DNA from: Patescibacteria group bacterium
GTDB lineage: Bacteria; Patescibacteriota; Patescibacteriia; SG8-24; DYFX01
Length of the DNA: 64,000 nucleotides
Reading direction: 5' to 3'
Assembly: GCA_041659045.1 (NCBI GenBank)
Contig: JBAZZB010000002.1
Span: 159,855 to 223,854, forward strand
Shown here: positions 42,078 to 51,502 of the stretch, piece by piece
Position numbering within the stretch: the first letter of the stretch is position 1
How the letters are laid out: each line of letters opens with the position of its first letter
Position numbers and translations under genes: made by a program
Notes under the pieces: model-generated
Told to the model about the DNA's origin: nothing
Databases searched by the model: none
The model's input: only the letters and a program-made list of their open reading frames with translations

Positions 42078-42548
42078 ATGTTCAAAATCACCATTGCCGC
42101 TGTCGGGTCGCTGAAAGAAACGTTCTGGAAGGACGCGATCGCTGAGTATCAAAAACGCCTCTCCCCCTTCGCCAAAGTTTCCGTTGTGGAAGTGGCGGAT
42201 GTTGCTTTCAAATCCGCGAATGAGGCATCGGCCGTGATGCGCGCGGAGGCCGAACTTTTGAAGAAAAAAATCGCGGATGGAGCCTTTGCTGTTGCTTTGA
42301 TAAAGGAAGGGAAAAACCTCACGACCGAGAAATTCGCTGAAACACTCGATCGCGAAGGCCAGGGTGGCCGCGAAATCATCTTCCTTATAGGAGGGCCGCT
42401 TGGGCTCGATCCAGAACTGGGCGCGAGCTGCCAGCTGAAGCTTTCGCTTTCTTCTCTCACGTTTACGCATGGCGAAGCGCGGGCGATTCTTTTTGAACAG
42501 CTGTATCGAGCCATGACTGTGCTCGCGGGAAAGACGTACCACTATTAA
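42078..42548 (+). CDS. rlmH: 23S rRNA (pseudouridine1915-N3)-methyltransferase RlmH
   Basis: SPOUT family: FLIGGPLGL and TFTHGEARAILFEQLYRA. Confidence 0.85.
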   Translation: MFKITIAAVGSLKETFWKDAIAEYQKRLSPFAKVSVVEVADVAFKSANEASAVMRAEAELLKKKIADGAFAVALIKEGKNLTTEKFAETLDREGQGGREIIFLIGGPLGLDPELGASCQLKLSLSSLTFTHGEARAILFEQLYRAMTVLAGKTYHY

Positions 42549-42565
42549 AAAGAAAAACCGCCGGT

Positions 42566-42901
42566 TCAGTTCCAGCGGTTGGTAGGCTTCTCGGGGCGCG
42601 GACGTGCGGGAGCCGACTTGCTTGAGCGAAGACGCCGCCAGGTCTTCCAAGCGGACCACGCACTCCAACCCCAGATGGCGGTCAGAATGATCGTGTAGGC
42701 ATCTGGGCGGAGGATCGAGACGATGGCGTAGAGAACAAAGAGCGGAGCGCAGGCGCAGAGCGACACGAGTGCCACGATGCGCGCGAAGCGAATGCTCCTC
42801 TTTTGCGCGACCAGGCTCGCGAAGAACGCGATGATGGCGACAAAGAAGAAGAGGCTGGAGTTGGTCACGAGGAACGAAAGGGTTGCGTTGAAGGCGTGCA
42901 T
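42566..42901 (-). CDS. Small integral membrane protein (112 aa)
   Basis: Start at MHAFNATL with AAGGAGGA RBS; three predicted TM helices. Confidence 0.5.
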   Translation of the reverse strand: MHAFNATLSFLVTNSSLFFFVAIIAFFASLVAQKRSIRFARIVALVSLCACAPLFVLYAIVSILRPDAYTIILTAIWGWSAWSAWKTWRRLRSSKSAPARPRPEKPTNRWN

Positions 42902-43028
42902 GGATCCTCCTTGGGCTAGGCGCATCATTTCATCGGTGACACCTGGGGTCAACACAGATCGTCCCCTTCACCATTCATAACGCCTCAGTTAACGTGAAGA
43001 CAGGACCCTTGGTCCGAGGAGTAGTACC

Positions 43029-43673
43029 ATGCCCGAAAAGAAGAAGCGTCCCAACTTGAAAGCGCGCGCGCTGATGGCGACGGCTATCCACGAAAGCGGG
43101 CACGTTATCGCGATCTGGAACGAACCGGCACTACCCGCACCTACGAGCGTATCGATCATTCCAAAGGGCGGCACGGTTGGCAGAGTGAAGTTCCGACTGA
43201 AGAAGCAGTGGTGGATGACCGCGACGGTGTCCTCCGTCCGCTCCTTGATTCGCACGTACCTTGCGAGTCGCGCGGCCGAGCGCCTGCTGACCAGCTCACA
43301 CACCGTCGGATTCTACGGAGACCTCGAAGTGGTCACCCAGCTCGCGTTCATGGTCGTGTGCATTGAAGGCATGGACCAAGACTTCGGTCTTCTCTTTGTC
43401 CCCGGTTCGCTTCTGAGTGAAGCCACACGCAAGCGCGCCGACGCCGCTATCCGCAAGGTGATTGCGGAGTGCGAAGCGCAAGCTGCTCTCGACATGAAGA
43501 AACACGAGAAGCAACTGCGCAAACTTGTGCCCGTGCTTCTCAAGAAAAAGAAGCTGAAGAAGAAACAGCTGAAGAAGCTCCTTGGCGCTCGTCCGGAATG
43601 GACGGGTAACACCCTGATCAAAGGCGTCCTGCGCGCCAAGATCAGCCCACCGCGTGCTCGCAAGAAGAAGTAA
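43029..43673 (+). CDS. Stand-alone FtsH-like (peptidase M41) zinc-metalloprotease domain protein with poly-Lys C-terminal tail
   Basis: AIHESGHVIA (HExxH), SIIPKGGTVGRV and AAERL align with the FtsH protease domain. There are no AAA or TM regions. The C-terminus is KKKKLKKKQLKK...RARKKK. Confidence 0.6.
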   Translation: MPEKKKRPNLKARALMATAIHESGHVIAIWNEPALPAPTSVSIIPKGGTVGRVKFRLKKQWWMTATVSSVRSLIRTYLASRAAERLLTSSHTVGFYGDLEVVTQLAFMVVCIEGMDQDFGLLFVPGSLLSEATRKRADAAIRKVIAECEAQAALDMKKHEKQLRKLVPVLLKKKKLKKKQLKKLLGARPEWTGNTLIKGVLRAKISPPRARKKK

Positions 43674-43739
43674 TCCTTCCTTGCGAGCGTTTTTTTAAAA
43701 CAGTAGCGCCCGACCTGGAGTTCCAGATCGGGCGCAGAG

Positions 43740-44003
43740 TCAGTGAGTGCCGACGCGCGCGGCGGCGGGCTTCGAGACGTACGTCTTGCAGTCGGGACGC
43801 TCCGTGAGGAAGCGGTCGCCGAGCTCGCGTTGCGCGTAGACGCAGCTCTTCATGTGCTCCTTCTTGGCCGAGGACGGGCCGTTGTCGGGATCGCTCCAGT
43901 CGGTACACCAGGCCAGGCTGCAGATCGCCAGGACCGGGAGTACGATGGAAAAGCCAATGCGCTTTGACAAGAACCGAATGTCTTTCTTCGAGAGCTTCAG
44001 CAC
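43740..44003 (-). CDS. Small exported/lipoprotein-like hypothetical (GTG start)
   Basis: Hydrophobic N-terminal region with Cys (LAICSLAWC). AGGGGGA SD-like sequence before the GTG. Confidence 0.3.
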   Translation of the reverse strand: MLKLSKKDIRFLSKRIGFSIVLPVLAICSLAWCTDWSDPDNGPSSAKKEHMKSCVYAQRELGDRFLTERPDCKTYVSKPAAARVGTH

Positions 44004-44116
44004 GATTCCCCCTGTGTAATTTAGCTCGTCAGGCACGATCTGTGCATTCTGTACGATAGGAGAATGATAGCATATTGAAGGATATTTGTCAAGTATCACT
44101 GACACTGTGGGCGGCA

Positions 44117-44146
44117 ACGAAAAAGAGGCCATTTTAAGGCCTCTTT
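44117..44146. terminator. Bidirectional terminator (agaggcc-atttta-aggcctct)
   Basis: Hairpin flanked by A-run and T-run. Confidence 0.5.
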
Positions 44147-44150
44147 TTCA

Positions 44151-44235
44151 TGGTGCTGCGGAGAGGACTTGAACCTCTACGGGTTGCCCCACCAGCTCCT
44201 AAGGCTGGCGCGTCTGCCAATTTCGCCACCGCAGC
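44151..44235 (-). tRNA. tRNA-Leu (anticodon TAG), long variable arm
   Basis: Reverse complement is GCTGCGGTGGCGAAATTGGCAGACGC...CCAGC-CTTAGGA-GCTGG...GGTTCAAGTCC...CCGCAGCACCA. Confidence 0.85.
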
Positions 44236-44324
44236 TCGATACGTCCAAGAGCGTAGCACGACCCTCTTGCATGAAAAAGAGCGCCTCTGCTAGGACGCAG
44301 ACGCTTACTCTTTTCCCCGAGCGT

Positions 44325-46241
44325 ATGAAACGTTTTGCGTTCATGTTCACTTTCCTGTTGTGCATCCCCTCCCTTGTCCATGCCGCCGCGCTTCCGTTCA
44401 TCAGTGAAGTTGCTTGGGCCGGTTCTACCGCCTCGACGTCTGACGAATGGTTTGAGATCTGTGGTATTGCAGGAACCGATCTTTCAAATTGGGTACTTGA
44501 AGGCGCCTCGGCGAACGGAGTCACACTTCCGGCGGGAAGTGTTCTCCCCGAATCTGGCGCCTTCCTCGTTTCGAATTATGGAAGCGAAGACACAAAGTCG
44601 ACACTGGGCGTGCAGCCCGATTTCATAACGACAAGCGTCGCGCTTTCAAACGCGCAGCTCTTTCTCGTACTCAGAAACGCGTCAGGCGTTTTGATTGATA
44701 CTGCTGGCGCGTCTGGTACAGCACCACTTGCTGGTGTAAGTGGAAGCGCGAAAGCCTCGATGATGCGTCTCTTCCCACTTCAAGATGGTGGGCTTACCGA
44801 AGCGTGGACAAACGCGGCCACGTCGAGTGGTTATGATGCAGGATCGACTGAACTCGGCACGCCAGGAATCTGTCCTGAAATTTCCGTCGAACCTCTTCCA
44901 GAAGAAGTTGTGGAAGCACCCGTGCAACCAAGTAACAATTTTTTTCCAACAACGGCCGTGCGTGTTTCTGAAATCTATCCCGCGCCGCTTTCTGGTGAGA
45001 AGGAATGGATCGAACTCGTGAATCCGTCAGGGATTGGCGAGGTGCTCGAAGGTTGGACGGTTGAGGACGGCAAGGGCACGGCAACAGCCCTCGCGGGCAC
45101 GCTTCTGCCATGGGATAGACTTGTCATTTCAGCTCCAAAAGGCAGCCTGAATAACGCGGGCGATCTTGTAATTTTGAAAGACTCGCAAGGCCGAATCATC
45201 GATGGCGCTGCCTATGGAGATTGGGATACCGCACTGTATCCGCGTGTCGGCGAAGTCGCGAAGGGCGAAGCAGTGATTCGTCTTGAGTTGCAAGATGCGT
45301 TTGATGTGACGACGGTTCCGACGCCGAATGCGGCGAATGTGCTGGTCAGAAAAACAGCAGCGACTTCCGCTTCGGCGGAGGCAGGGGCCCAGAACCCGGC
45401 ACCTCCCATTCTCTCTACTGTCATCCTGAGCAAAGCAAAGGATCCGCTTTCTTCGATGGAAGATAAAACAGATCCTTCGACTCCGCTGCGCTCCGCTCAG
45501 GATGACAAAAAGACGGAGCTCATGGCCGTAAAATCCTCGACAAAAACGTCGGATGTGCCAGCTAAGAAACCCGCCGCCTCCCGCTACAAAGGCTCCGCAT
45601 ACTCCGCCGTCGTTGCCGTGCCACTGGGCATCTATTCAAAAACGCGCATGTACGTACTGCGAACTGGCACGGTTGAAGAGCTGCGCCTCTCGAAATCTAC
45701 AAACATCACGTACGCCTCGGGGCAACGCATTTCGTTTGTAGCTCAGACCAAAGAAGAAAACGGAGCAACGTTCCTTTTAGCAAATCCAAAAACTCTTGGG
45801 CGGATCGGCGCGGCGGCATCAAACACGTTCGCGACGATTACTCATTGGCCGACAACTTCTGGCAGCTATCGTTTTACAGCAGAGCTCATTGCGCTCCGTG
45901 CTGACGGCGCGGAAGTACGCTTGGATGGAATCGAAGGCGACGTGCTGTTACCGAAATCAGTAGGCGCTCTTAAACCTGGTGACCGTGTCGAGATTGAGGG
46001 ATTTGTTTCTTCCGGTACAAGGCCGCGTGTCGTCATTCCAAACGCCGAGTCTTTTCGTCTGCTTGAAGCGGCTCCTGTCGAATTGACGAGCCGTGATCTG
46101 CCTAGGCTTCACCTGCCTTGGTTCTTCACCGCAACCCTTACCGCGATCGCCGGAGGCGCCGGACTTGTTGCCTATCTCAGAAGCGAGCGGCTAAAACGGT
46201 TGGCACTCGTCATCCAACCACTAGAAGAAGACTACTCATAA
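44325..46241 (+). CDS. Lamin-tail-domain (LTD) containing surface protein, C-terminally membrane-anchored
   Basis: Signal peptide, then two LTD motifs (ISEVAWAGS...DEWFEI and VSEIYPAPLSGEKEWIELVN). C-terminal TM helix FFTATLTAIAGGAGLVAYL. Confidence 0.7.
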   Translation: MKRFAFMFTFLLCIPSLVHAAALPFISEVAWAGSTASTSDEWFEICGIAGTDLSNWVLEGASANGVTLPAGSVLPESGAFLVSNYGSEDTKSTLGVQPDFITTSVALSNAQLFLVLRNASGVLIDTAGASGTAPLAGVSGSAKASMMRLFPLQDGGLTEAWTNAATSSGYDAGSTELGTPGICPEISVEPLPEEVVEAPVQPSNNFFPTTAVRVSEIYPAPLSGEKEWIELVNPSGIGEVLEGWTVEDGKGTATALAGTLLPWDRLVISAPKGSLNNAGDLVILKDSQGRIIDGAAYGDWDTALYPRVGEVAKGEAVIRLELQDAFDVTTVPTPNAANVLVRKTAATSASAEAGAQNPAPPILSTVILSKAKDPLSSMEDKTDPSTPLRSAQDDKKTELMAVKSSTKTSDVPAKKPAASRYKGSAYSAVVAVPLGIYSKTRMYVLRTGTVEELRLSKSTNITYASGQRISFVAQTKEENGATFLLANPKTLGRIGAAASNTFATITHWPTTSGSYRFTAELIALRADGAEVRLDGIEGDVLLPKSVGALKPGDRVEIEGFVSSGTRPRVVIPNAESFRLLEAAPVELTSRDLPRLHLPWFFTATLTAIAGGAGLVAYLRSERLKRLALVIQPLEEDYS

Positions 46242-46248
46242 ACAGCAA

Positions 46249-46275
46249 AAGCCCCGGGATGACCGGGGCTTTGTG
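46249..46275 (+). terminator. Rho-independent terminator (gccccgg-gatgac-cggggc + TTT)
   Basis: Hairpin after the LTD gene. Confidence 0.5.
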
Positions 46276-46277
46276 CA

Positions 46278-46353
46278 TGGAGCGGTAAACCAGATTCGAA
46301 CTGGCGACCTTCTCCTTGGCAAGGAGACGCTCTACCAACTGAGCTATTACCGC
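46278..46353 (-). tRNA. tRNA-Gly (anticodon GCC)
   Basis: Reverse complement is GCGGTAATAGCTCAGTTGGTAGAGC...TTGCCAA...GTTCGAATC...TTACCGCTCCA. Confidence 0.9.
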
Positions 46354-46485
46354 ACAACTCTGACAACGGGCATAGTAATAGGACGCGTCCCGGCTGTCAA
46401 CAGAGATCCAATGACAGCTCGGTTGACCTTTTGCCATGAATACCCTTAAAATCACGCCGCGGTTCGACCCATACAGGAGAGGCGC

Positions 46486-47382
46486 ATGGAAGATCTAAGG
46501 ATGTGCAGAGAGGGCGGGTGTCTGGTTGGCGGCCGTTACGACCGCATGGGGACGCCCCACCAATACATGTTCGAGAGCATGAGCAACGTGATCGGCTGCA
46601 GTATGCTGCGTTGCGACCACTGCAGTGCCGTAGTCGTGAACGTGCTCGGTCTCGAACTGGCCGAAGGTGTGAGACCTCGCGATGCCTACTGGGAGCCGGG
46701 CAGTACGCCGTCTTCGGAACTGGTGGTTCCGACGAGATGGGCGGAGACAAGACTCTACTGCTGCCGATGCACCGCAAGGCAAGAGATGAACTGTACTACC
46801 ACGCAACCGTCGCCTCCGTACGACTACATGGATCCCACGCCCTTGAACTGGCGCTGCGCCGGACACCCGGCTCTGCCGCGTCATCTCGACGGCATCGATC
46901 AGCTTGCCGTCGCCGAAGAGCTGCTTGGTTCCCCGGCAGAGCAAGGACAAAAGTATCTTGCTGCTGATGGTCTCAGATTGATGCTCAGGGCTGCCGATAC
47001 CGAGTTGCACGAAGTGCTGCTCGTCTTACTGAGGGAAGCATTGGCCAAGGACGAAGGACTGCGTTTGGCTCGTGCGCTCGCCACTGTCGACGCCGAACCC
47101 GCAGCATTCATCAGCCAAATTGCAGCGATCGATCCTGACCACAGGAGGTTTCGAGTGGAGGACGCAACGCGCGAGGGTTGGACGCTCCTCGAGCGCCTGA
47201 GCCACACCGTTGGCGCATGCATTCTGAACGCGCCGACGGAAGCCTGGGCCTGGTGCGCGCTGCAGGAGCAGGCCAAGAAGCTCGTGGTCGATACGAAATC
47301 GAGAGAGCTCGTTCAAGCCTTGTGTAAGTACGATAGCTTTCTCATTGCAGACATCCTCGTCAAGATGAACGGCGCGAAGTGA
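46486..47382 (+). CDS. Hypothetical protein with Cys-rich N-terminal region
   Basis: CAGGAGAGG RBS; at least 10 Cys in the first 130 aa, then a helical C-terminal half. Confidence 0.5.
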   Translation: MEDLRMCREGGCLVGGRYDRMGTPHQYMFESMSNVIGCSMLRCDHCSAVVVNVLGLELAEGVRPRDAYWEPGSTPSSELVVPTRWAETRLYCCRCTARQEMNCTTTQPSPPYDYMDPTPLNWRCAGHPALPRHLDGIDQLAVAEELLGSPAEQGQKYLAADGLRLMLRAADTELHEVLLVLLREALAKDEGLRLARALATVDAEPAAFISQIAAIDPDHRRFRVEDATREGWTLLERLSHTVGACILNAPTEAWAWCALQEQAKKLVVDTKSRELVQALCKYDSFLIADILVKMNGAK

Positions 47383-47475
47383 TCAACGCAAAGTCCCAGT
47401 TCCTCTCTCCGGAACCAGGGGCTTTTTTCTTTTCAATCCTTTTGCTAAGGTGGACGCACTTCACCCATCATCTCT

Positions 47476-47859
47476 ATGAAAAAATACGCAGGATTACTGG
47501 TTACCTTGGCCGCGGTCGTTATCGTCATCGGCAGCTTGGTGTATCTCTCAAAACGCGAAAGCGCCAAACCGGGGCAGTACGACAAGCTCGCCCAGTGCCT
47601 CACCGAAAAAGGTGTGAAGTTTTACGGTGCCTCGTGGTGCCCGCACTGCGCGGAACAGAAGCGCATGTTCGGCAGCTCCATTAAGCACATCACCTACGTC
47701 GAGTGCGCCAAGCCGGGAAATCAGCAGGGCCAGACGCAAGCATGCGACGAGGCCAAGATCGAAGGTTACCCAACCTGGGTTTTCCCGGACAACTCCCGTT
47801 TGAGCGGCGAACAGCTGCCGAAGGTTCTCGGCGAAAAGGCTGGTTGCTCCATTGAGTAA
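47476..47859 (+). CDS. Membrane-anchored thioredoxin-like protein (WCPHC)
   Basis: N-terminal TM helix, then FYGASWCPHCAEQK. Confidence 0.7.
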   Translation: MKKYAGLLVTLAAVVIVIGSLVYLSKRESAKPGQYDKLAQCLTEKGVKFYGASWCPHCAEQKRMFGSSIKHITYVECAKPGNQQGQTQACDEAKIEGYPTWVFPDNSRLSGEQLPKVLGEKAGCSIE

Positions 47860-48328
47860 TATGGTGCGCAAGAACGCCACAAAGCTCTTCATCTTCTTTT
47901 CCGTTGCGGGTCTTTTGGTGTCCTTGTACGCGCTTAAACAGCATTACGCGCCGCTCGGCACGAGCGTTTGCAACGTCAGTGCGACGCTCAACTGCGATCT
48001 CGTAAACAAAGGCCCGTATGGAGAGATCTACGGCTTCCCTGTCGCCGCGATCGGAATTATCGGTTATCTGATGATCTTGATTGTTGCCACCCAATTCTTG
48101 CGCACAAAGGATCCCGTGCTGGGCAAAGCGATGCTCTTCCTCTTGGCCGGCGGCGTTGCCTTCTCGCTCTACCTGACGGCGCTTGAGGCTTTTGTCATCT
48201 ACGCGTGGTGCCTTGTCTGTCTTGCTTCGCTTTCGAGTATTTCGGGTGCGGCCTTCACTGGCTTCATGGTCTATCGCGACCTCGAACCGCAAAGCCCCCC
48301 GCCTTCACTCGAACCTCAGAAAGGCTGA
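47852..48328 (+). CDS. Vitamin K epoxide reductase (VKOR) family protein
   Basis: Four TM helices with loop cysteines (CNVSATLNCDL) and CxxC active site YAWCLVCL. Confidence 0.75.
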   Translation: MSNMVRKNATKLFIFFSVAGLLVSLYALKQHYAPLGTSVCNVSATLNCDLVNKGPYGEIYGFPVAAIGIIGYLMILIVATQFLRTKDPVLGKAMLFLLAGGVAFSLYLTALEAFVIYAWCLVCLASLSSISGAAFTGFMVYRDLEPQSPPPSLEPQKG

Positions 48329-48409
48329 CCGGAAAACGACCCTCACGGGTCGTTTTTTTGACCTCGTAACGGGAAAGGTAGATACTTTTTCCATCACCAA
48401 GGAGACCTC

Positions 48410-48590
48410 GATGCCCTGCTGCAAGGACTGCCAGAATGTCCGCTCCGCCGCCATCATGACCAACGCCGAGTGCGGCCACGAGGCCACGCGCGCCGGCATG
48501 AAACTCTGCGAGAGGTGCTCTCGCCAGAAGGACGCCTGCGAGTGCTGTGGCGAACAGCTCAACCCCGATCCGCCTCCGCACACCGACTAA
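48410..48590 (+). CDS. Cysteine-rich small protein (60 aa, 10 Cys)
   Basis: MPCCKDCQNV...CGHE...CERCSRQKDACECCGEQ; AAGGAGA RBS; terminator downstream. Confidence 0.45.
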
Positions 48591-48591
48591 C

Positions 48592-48618
48592 CCGGCACTC
48601 CGCCGGGTCTTTTTTTTG
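48592..48618 (+). terminator. Rho-independent terminator (cccggcactccgccggg + T8)
   Basis: Hairpin plus a long T-run. Confidence 0.55.
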
Positions 48619-48734
48619 GAAACAGCGCATCCTCCAGAGGAATAGCGGTGTTTGAGGAAGTGACGCGTTCGCGTACATGACCCCTGCGTGCGCGGGGCTG
48701 ACATCCGCGGCGTTTTTTGTTAGCGTATCCGTAC

Positions 48735-48820
48735 GCCCGGATGGTGGAATGGTATACACGGGGGACTTAAAATCCCCTGCCCGCAAGGGATTGAGGGTTC
48801 GAGTCCCTCTCCGGGTACCA
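48735..48820 (+). tRNA. tRNA-Leu (anticodon TAA), long variable arm
   Basis: GCCCGGATGGTGGAATGGTATACAC-GGGGA-CTTAAAA-TCCCC...GGTTCGAGTCC...TCCGGGTACCA. Confidence 0.85.
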
Positions 48821-48855
48821 AAGACCCCCTCGACACAATCGAGGGGGTTTTCGTT
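48821..48855 (+). terminator. Terminator after tRNA-Leu (ccccctcg-acacaa-tcgaggggg + TTTT)
   Basis: 9-bp stem. Confidence 0.5.
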
Positions 48856-48915
48856 GACAGAAACGGTTTTTTCTGGTAAGACCCGCGTATCGTTCATCAC
48901 GAACGAGGAGGAACC

Positions 48916-49488
48916 ATGATCGCCGATCTTCCGAAACAGGTACCGGTCGCCGTACACGCCGCCGTCGAAGATGTGCTGAGCGAGTTCGAACGCCTCGACG
49001 GCAACCGCTCGGTTGCTGCGAGCGCCTACCGAGCACAGATGCAGCTCAACCGCTTGCAGATCGCGCCGTTCAACGACGCGCTGTCGGTGGAGCGGGCAGA
49101 CGCGCTGTTCGAGTGGGGCATGATGCTCCGCAGCGCCTTGCCGGCCGACCGACTGCGAGAGGCGCTCAAGAGCGTCCATCGCTCAAGCCTCATGCTCATC
49201 AGCCACCAGATCAACCTGAAGGAGGAGGAGACCGCCCCGGCCGGAGCGCTCAAGACCACGCTGGACCTCGAGATCATCGACGACTCGCTGCTCTTTCGCC
49301 ACCACGCCTGGTTCGGCGCCTACCGCGTCGCGGGCGGCGGCGGGCTCAGCTCGTCGACGTCGATCCAGATGTCGATCCACGCCGAGATGCTGCGCCAGAT
49401 CCACAACCGCGTCGCCGAGGGCGACGACATCTGGCGGCGCGTCATCTACAGCGTCAAGAAGCTCTTGGAGGACAGCATGGACAGGTAA
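48916..49488 (+). CDS. Hypothetical protein (190 aa)
   Basis: GAGGAGG RBS; no domain recognised. Confidence 0.5.
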   Translation: MIADLPKQVPVAVHAAVEDVLSEFERLDGNRSVAASAYRAQMQLNRLQIAPFNDALSVERADALFEWGMMLRSALPADRLREALKSVHRSSLMLISHQINLKEEETAPAGALKTTLDLEIIDDSLLFRHHAWFGAYRVAGGGGLSSSTSIQMSIHAEMLRQIHNRVAEGDDIWRRVIYSVKKLLEDSMDR

Positions 49489-49576
49489 TCCCTGTCCTTT
49501 TTCTTTTGTCTGAAACGTCATTCATGAACGATGTGCCTTGCTACGTTCGCTATTTTTCCCCTACGATGGAATCGAT

Positions 49577-50614
49577 ATGGAAGAAGCCGTCGAAAAAGCG
49601 CCGCCACGCGACGTCTCACCTGCCGCTCAGCCGACAGAGACAGCCTTTGACGCACGTTTACGGCCACGGAAGCTGTCAGAATTCGTCGGCCAACAGAAGC
49701 TGAAGGATCACTTGGCCGTCTTCCTCGGCGCCGCCCAAAAACGCGGCGAGCCGATCGAGCACACGCTGCTCTACGGCAACCCCGGCCTCGGCAAGACGAC
49801 ACTGGCACACATCATCGGCAACGAGATGGGTGTGAACGTGCGTACGACCTCTGGCCCGGCACTTGAGCGCGTCGGCGACTTGGCGGCGATTCTCACGAAC
49901 CTCGAAGAAGGCGACGTTTTGTTCATCGACGAAATCCATCGTCTCAACAAATTGATCGAGGAAGTGCTCTATCCGGCGATGGAGGATTTCGCACTCGACC
50001 TCGTGATCGGCAAAGGACCATCGGCGCGCACGCTCCGCATGGATCTCCCCCGCTTCACCATGATCGGTGCCACGACGCGCCTCTCGCTTCTCACCGCACC
50101 GCTGCGCGATCGTTTCGGCGTCACCTATCATCTCGATTTTTACGGGGCCGAAGATTTGAAACTGATTATCGAGCGCAACGCGACTGCTCTTGGATGCATC
50201 ATCCGACCCGACGCCGCCATGCGCATCGCCGATCGCGCGCGCCGCACCCCACGCGTCGCCAACCGCCTTTTGAAACGCGTGCGCGACTACGCGGACTTTC
50301 ACGGAGATGGTACGATTACCGTCGAGATCGTCGACCGCGCTCTACAAATGCTGGAGATCGACGAAGTCGGACTCGATCAAGTTGATCGTCGCATCCTTGA
50401 AACGATCATCTCAAAATTTGCAGGCGGTCCTGTCGGACTTAACGCCCTTGCTGCCGCCAGCTCCGAAGAAATGGAAACGATCGAGACGATCTACGAGCCG
50501 TACCTCATCCAACTCGGACTACTCCACCGCACACCTCGTGGACGCATGGTCACCGAAGCCGCCTACGCGCACCTTGGACTGACGGCCCCGGAAAAACTGG
50601 AAACTTTCATCTAG
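49577..50614 (+). CDS. ruvB: Holliday junction DNA helicase RuvB
   Basis: [12 protein letters not shown]..., Walker [10 protein letters not shown] and a RuvB-type winged helix. Start at MEEAV. Confidence 0.9.
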   Translation: MEEAVEKAPPRDVSPAAQPTETAFDARLRPRKLSEFVGQQKLKDHLAVFLGAAQKRGEPIEHTLLYGNPGLGKTTLAHIIGNEMGVNVRTTSGPALERVGDLAAILTNLEEGDVLFIDEIHRLNKLIEEVLYPAMEDFALDLVIGKGPSARTLRMDLPRFTMIGATTRLSLLTAPLRDRFGVTYHLDFYGAEDLKLIIERNATALGCIIRPDAAMRIADRARRTPRVANRLLKRVRDYADFHGDGTITVEIVDRALQMLEIDEVGLDQVDRRILETIISKFAGGPVGLNALAAASSEEMETIETIYEPYLIQLGLLHRTPRGRMVTEAAYAHLGLTAPEKLETFI

Positions 50615-50622
50615 GCACACGC

Positions 50623-50871
50623 ATGATCTCGATTCCTCCGTATTTTCTCCTCTTCCCGTTCGGCGCGTTTCTCTTGGCGTTTGTTTTTTTCTCAATTGCC
50701 AATATCGTGAGTCTGGCAAAGTACGGCGCACGCAACGCAACGGGTCTACTCGTGACATTCATGTTTGTCGCCGGTTCGGCTCTCATCGGCTTCTACGCTT
50801 GGAAGGCGCTTGAGCCCATTCCATGGACAGCGCCCGTTCCGCTTTTCCGGATTGAAATTCCGACTTTCTAG
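50623..50871 (+). CDS. Small two-TM membrane protein
   Basis: 82 aa, hydrophobic. Confidence 0.4.
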   Translation: MISIPPYFLLFPFGAFLLAFVFFSIANIVSLAKYGARNATGLLVTFMFVAGSALIGFYAWKALEPIPWTAPVPLFRIEIPTF

Positions 50872-50872
50872 T

Positions 50873-51469
50873 ATGTCGATCAAATCATTGTTTACCCAGC
50901 ACACGGGTGAAAAAATCGAATTCGTCTTGCGACGGCATCCGATTGTTTTCTTGCGACCAATTTTTGTTTTTCTCGTATTGGCCGGAATCCCCTTCGTTGG
51001 CAAAGCCGTCTTCTATGCCGACAAACCTTTTGGGCTTTCCGATCCGTTGAGCTGGGCAGGGATTGTTTTACTTGTCACGACCTATTACCTCGGCATCTGG
51101 GTATTTTTCCTGAGCCAGTTCACGGATTACTACCTCGACATCAACATTGTCACGAACGACCGTATCATCGATATCAATCAAAAAGGCCTCTTCGGACGAT
51201 CCGTCGCCGAACTTGATCTGACGCGTGTACAAGATGTCCACTCGGAAATTAAAGGTATTATCCCAACACTGCTTGGATACGGAACTGTTATCGTTCAAAC
51301 GGCGGCGAACGAGGAAAATTTCCACTTCGAACAAATCCCGAATCCCAACTACATTCGTCAGCGTATTCTCGAACTCGCGGCGCTCGACCGCAAACGCGAA
51401 GCGCGTGAGATCATGGGTACGAGCCCGGAAGCGGCGGGTCACCGTGAAATGAAGGAGCAAGGCTTGTAG
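50873..51469 (+). CDS. Membrane-flanked bacterial PH domain protein (bPH_2/YdbS-like)
   Basis: Two TM helices, then LDINIVTNDRIIDI...YGTVIVQTA, typical of DUF304/bPH_2. Confidence 0.6.
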   Translation: MSIKSLFTQHTGEKIEFVLRRHPIVFLRPIFVFLVLAGIPFVGKAVFYADKPFGLSDPLSWAGIVLLVTTYYLGIWVFFLSQFTDYYLDINIVTNDRIIDINQKGLFGRSVAELDLTRVQDVHSEIKGIIPTLLGYGTVIVQTAANEENFHFEQIPNPNYIRQRILELAALDRKREAREIMGTSPEAAGHREMKEQGL

Positions 51470-51502
51470 AACGTAAAAGGACTCTCGGTCGAGAGTCCTT
51501 TT

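Noticed and set aside
46210-46455. 81-aa minus-strand ORF
   Set aside because: It overlaps the tRNA-Gly gene and a terminator hairpin.
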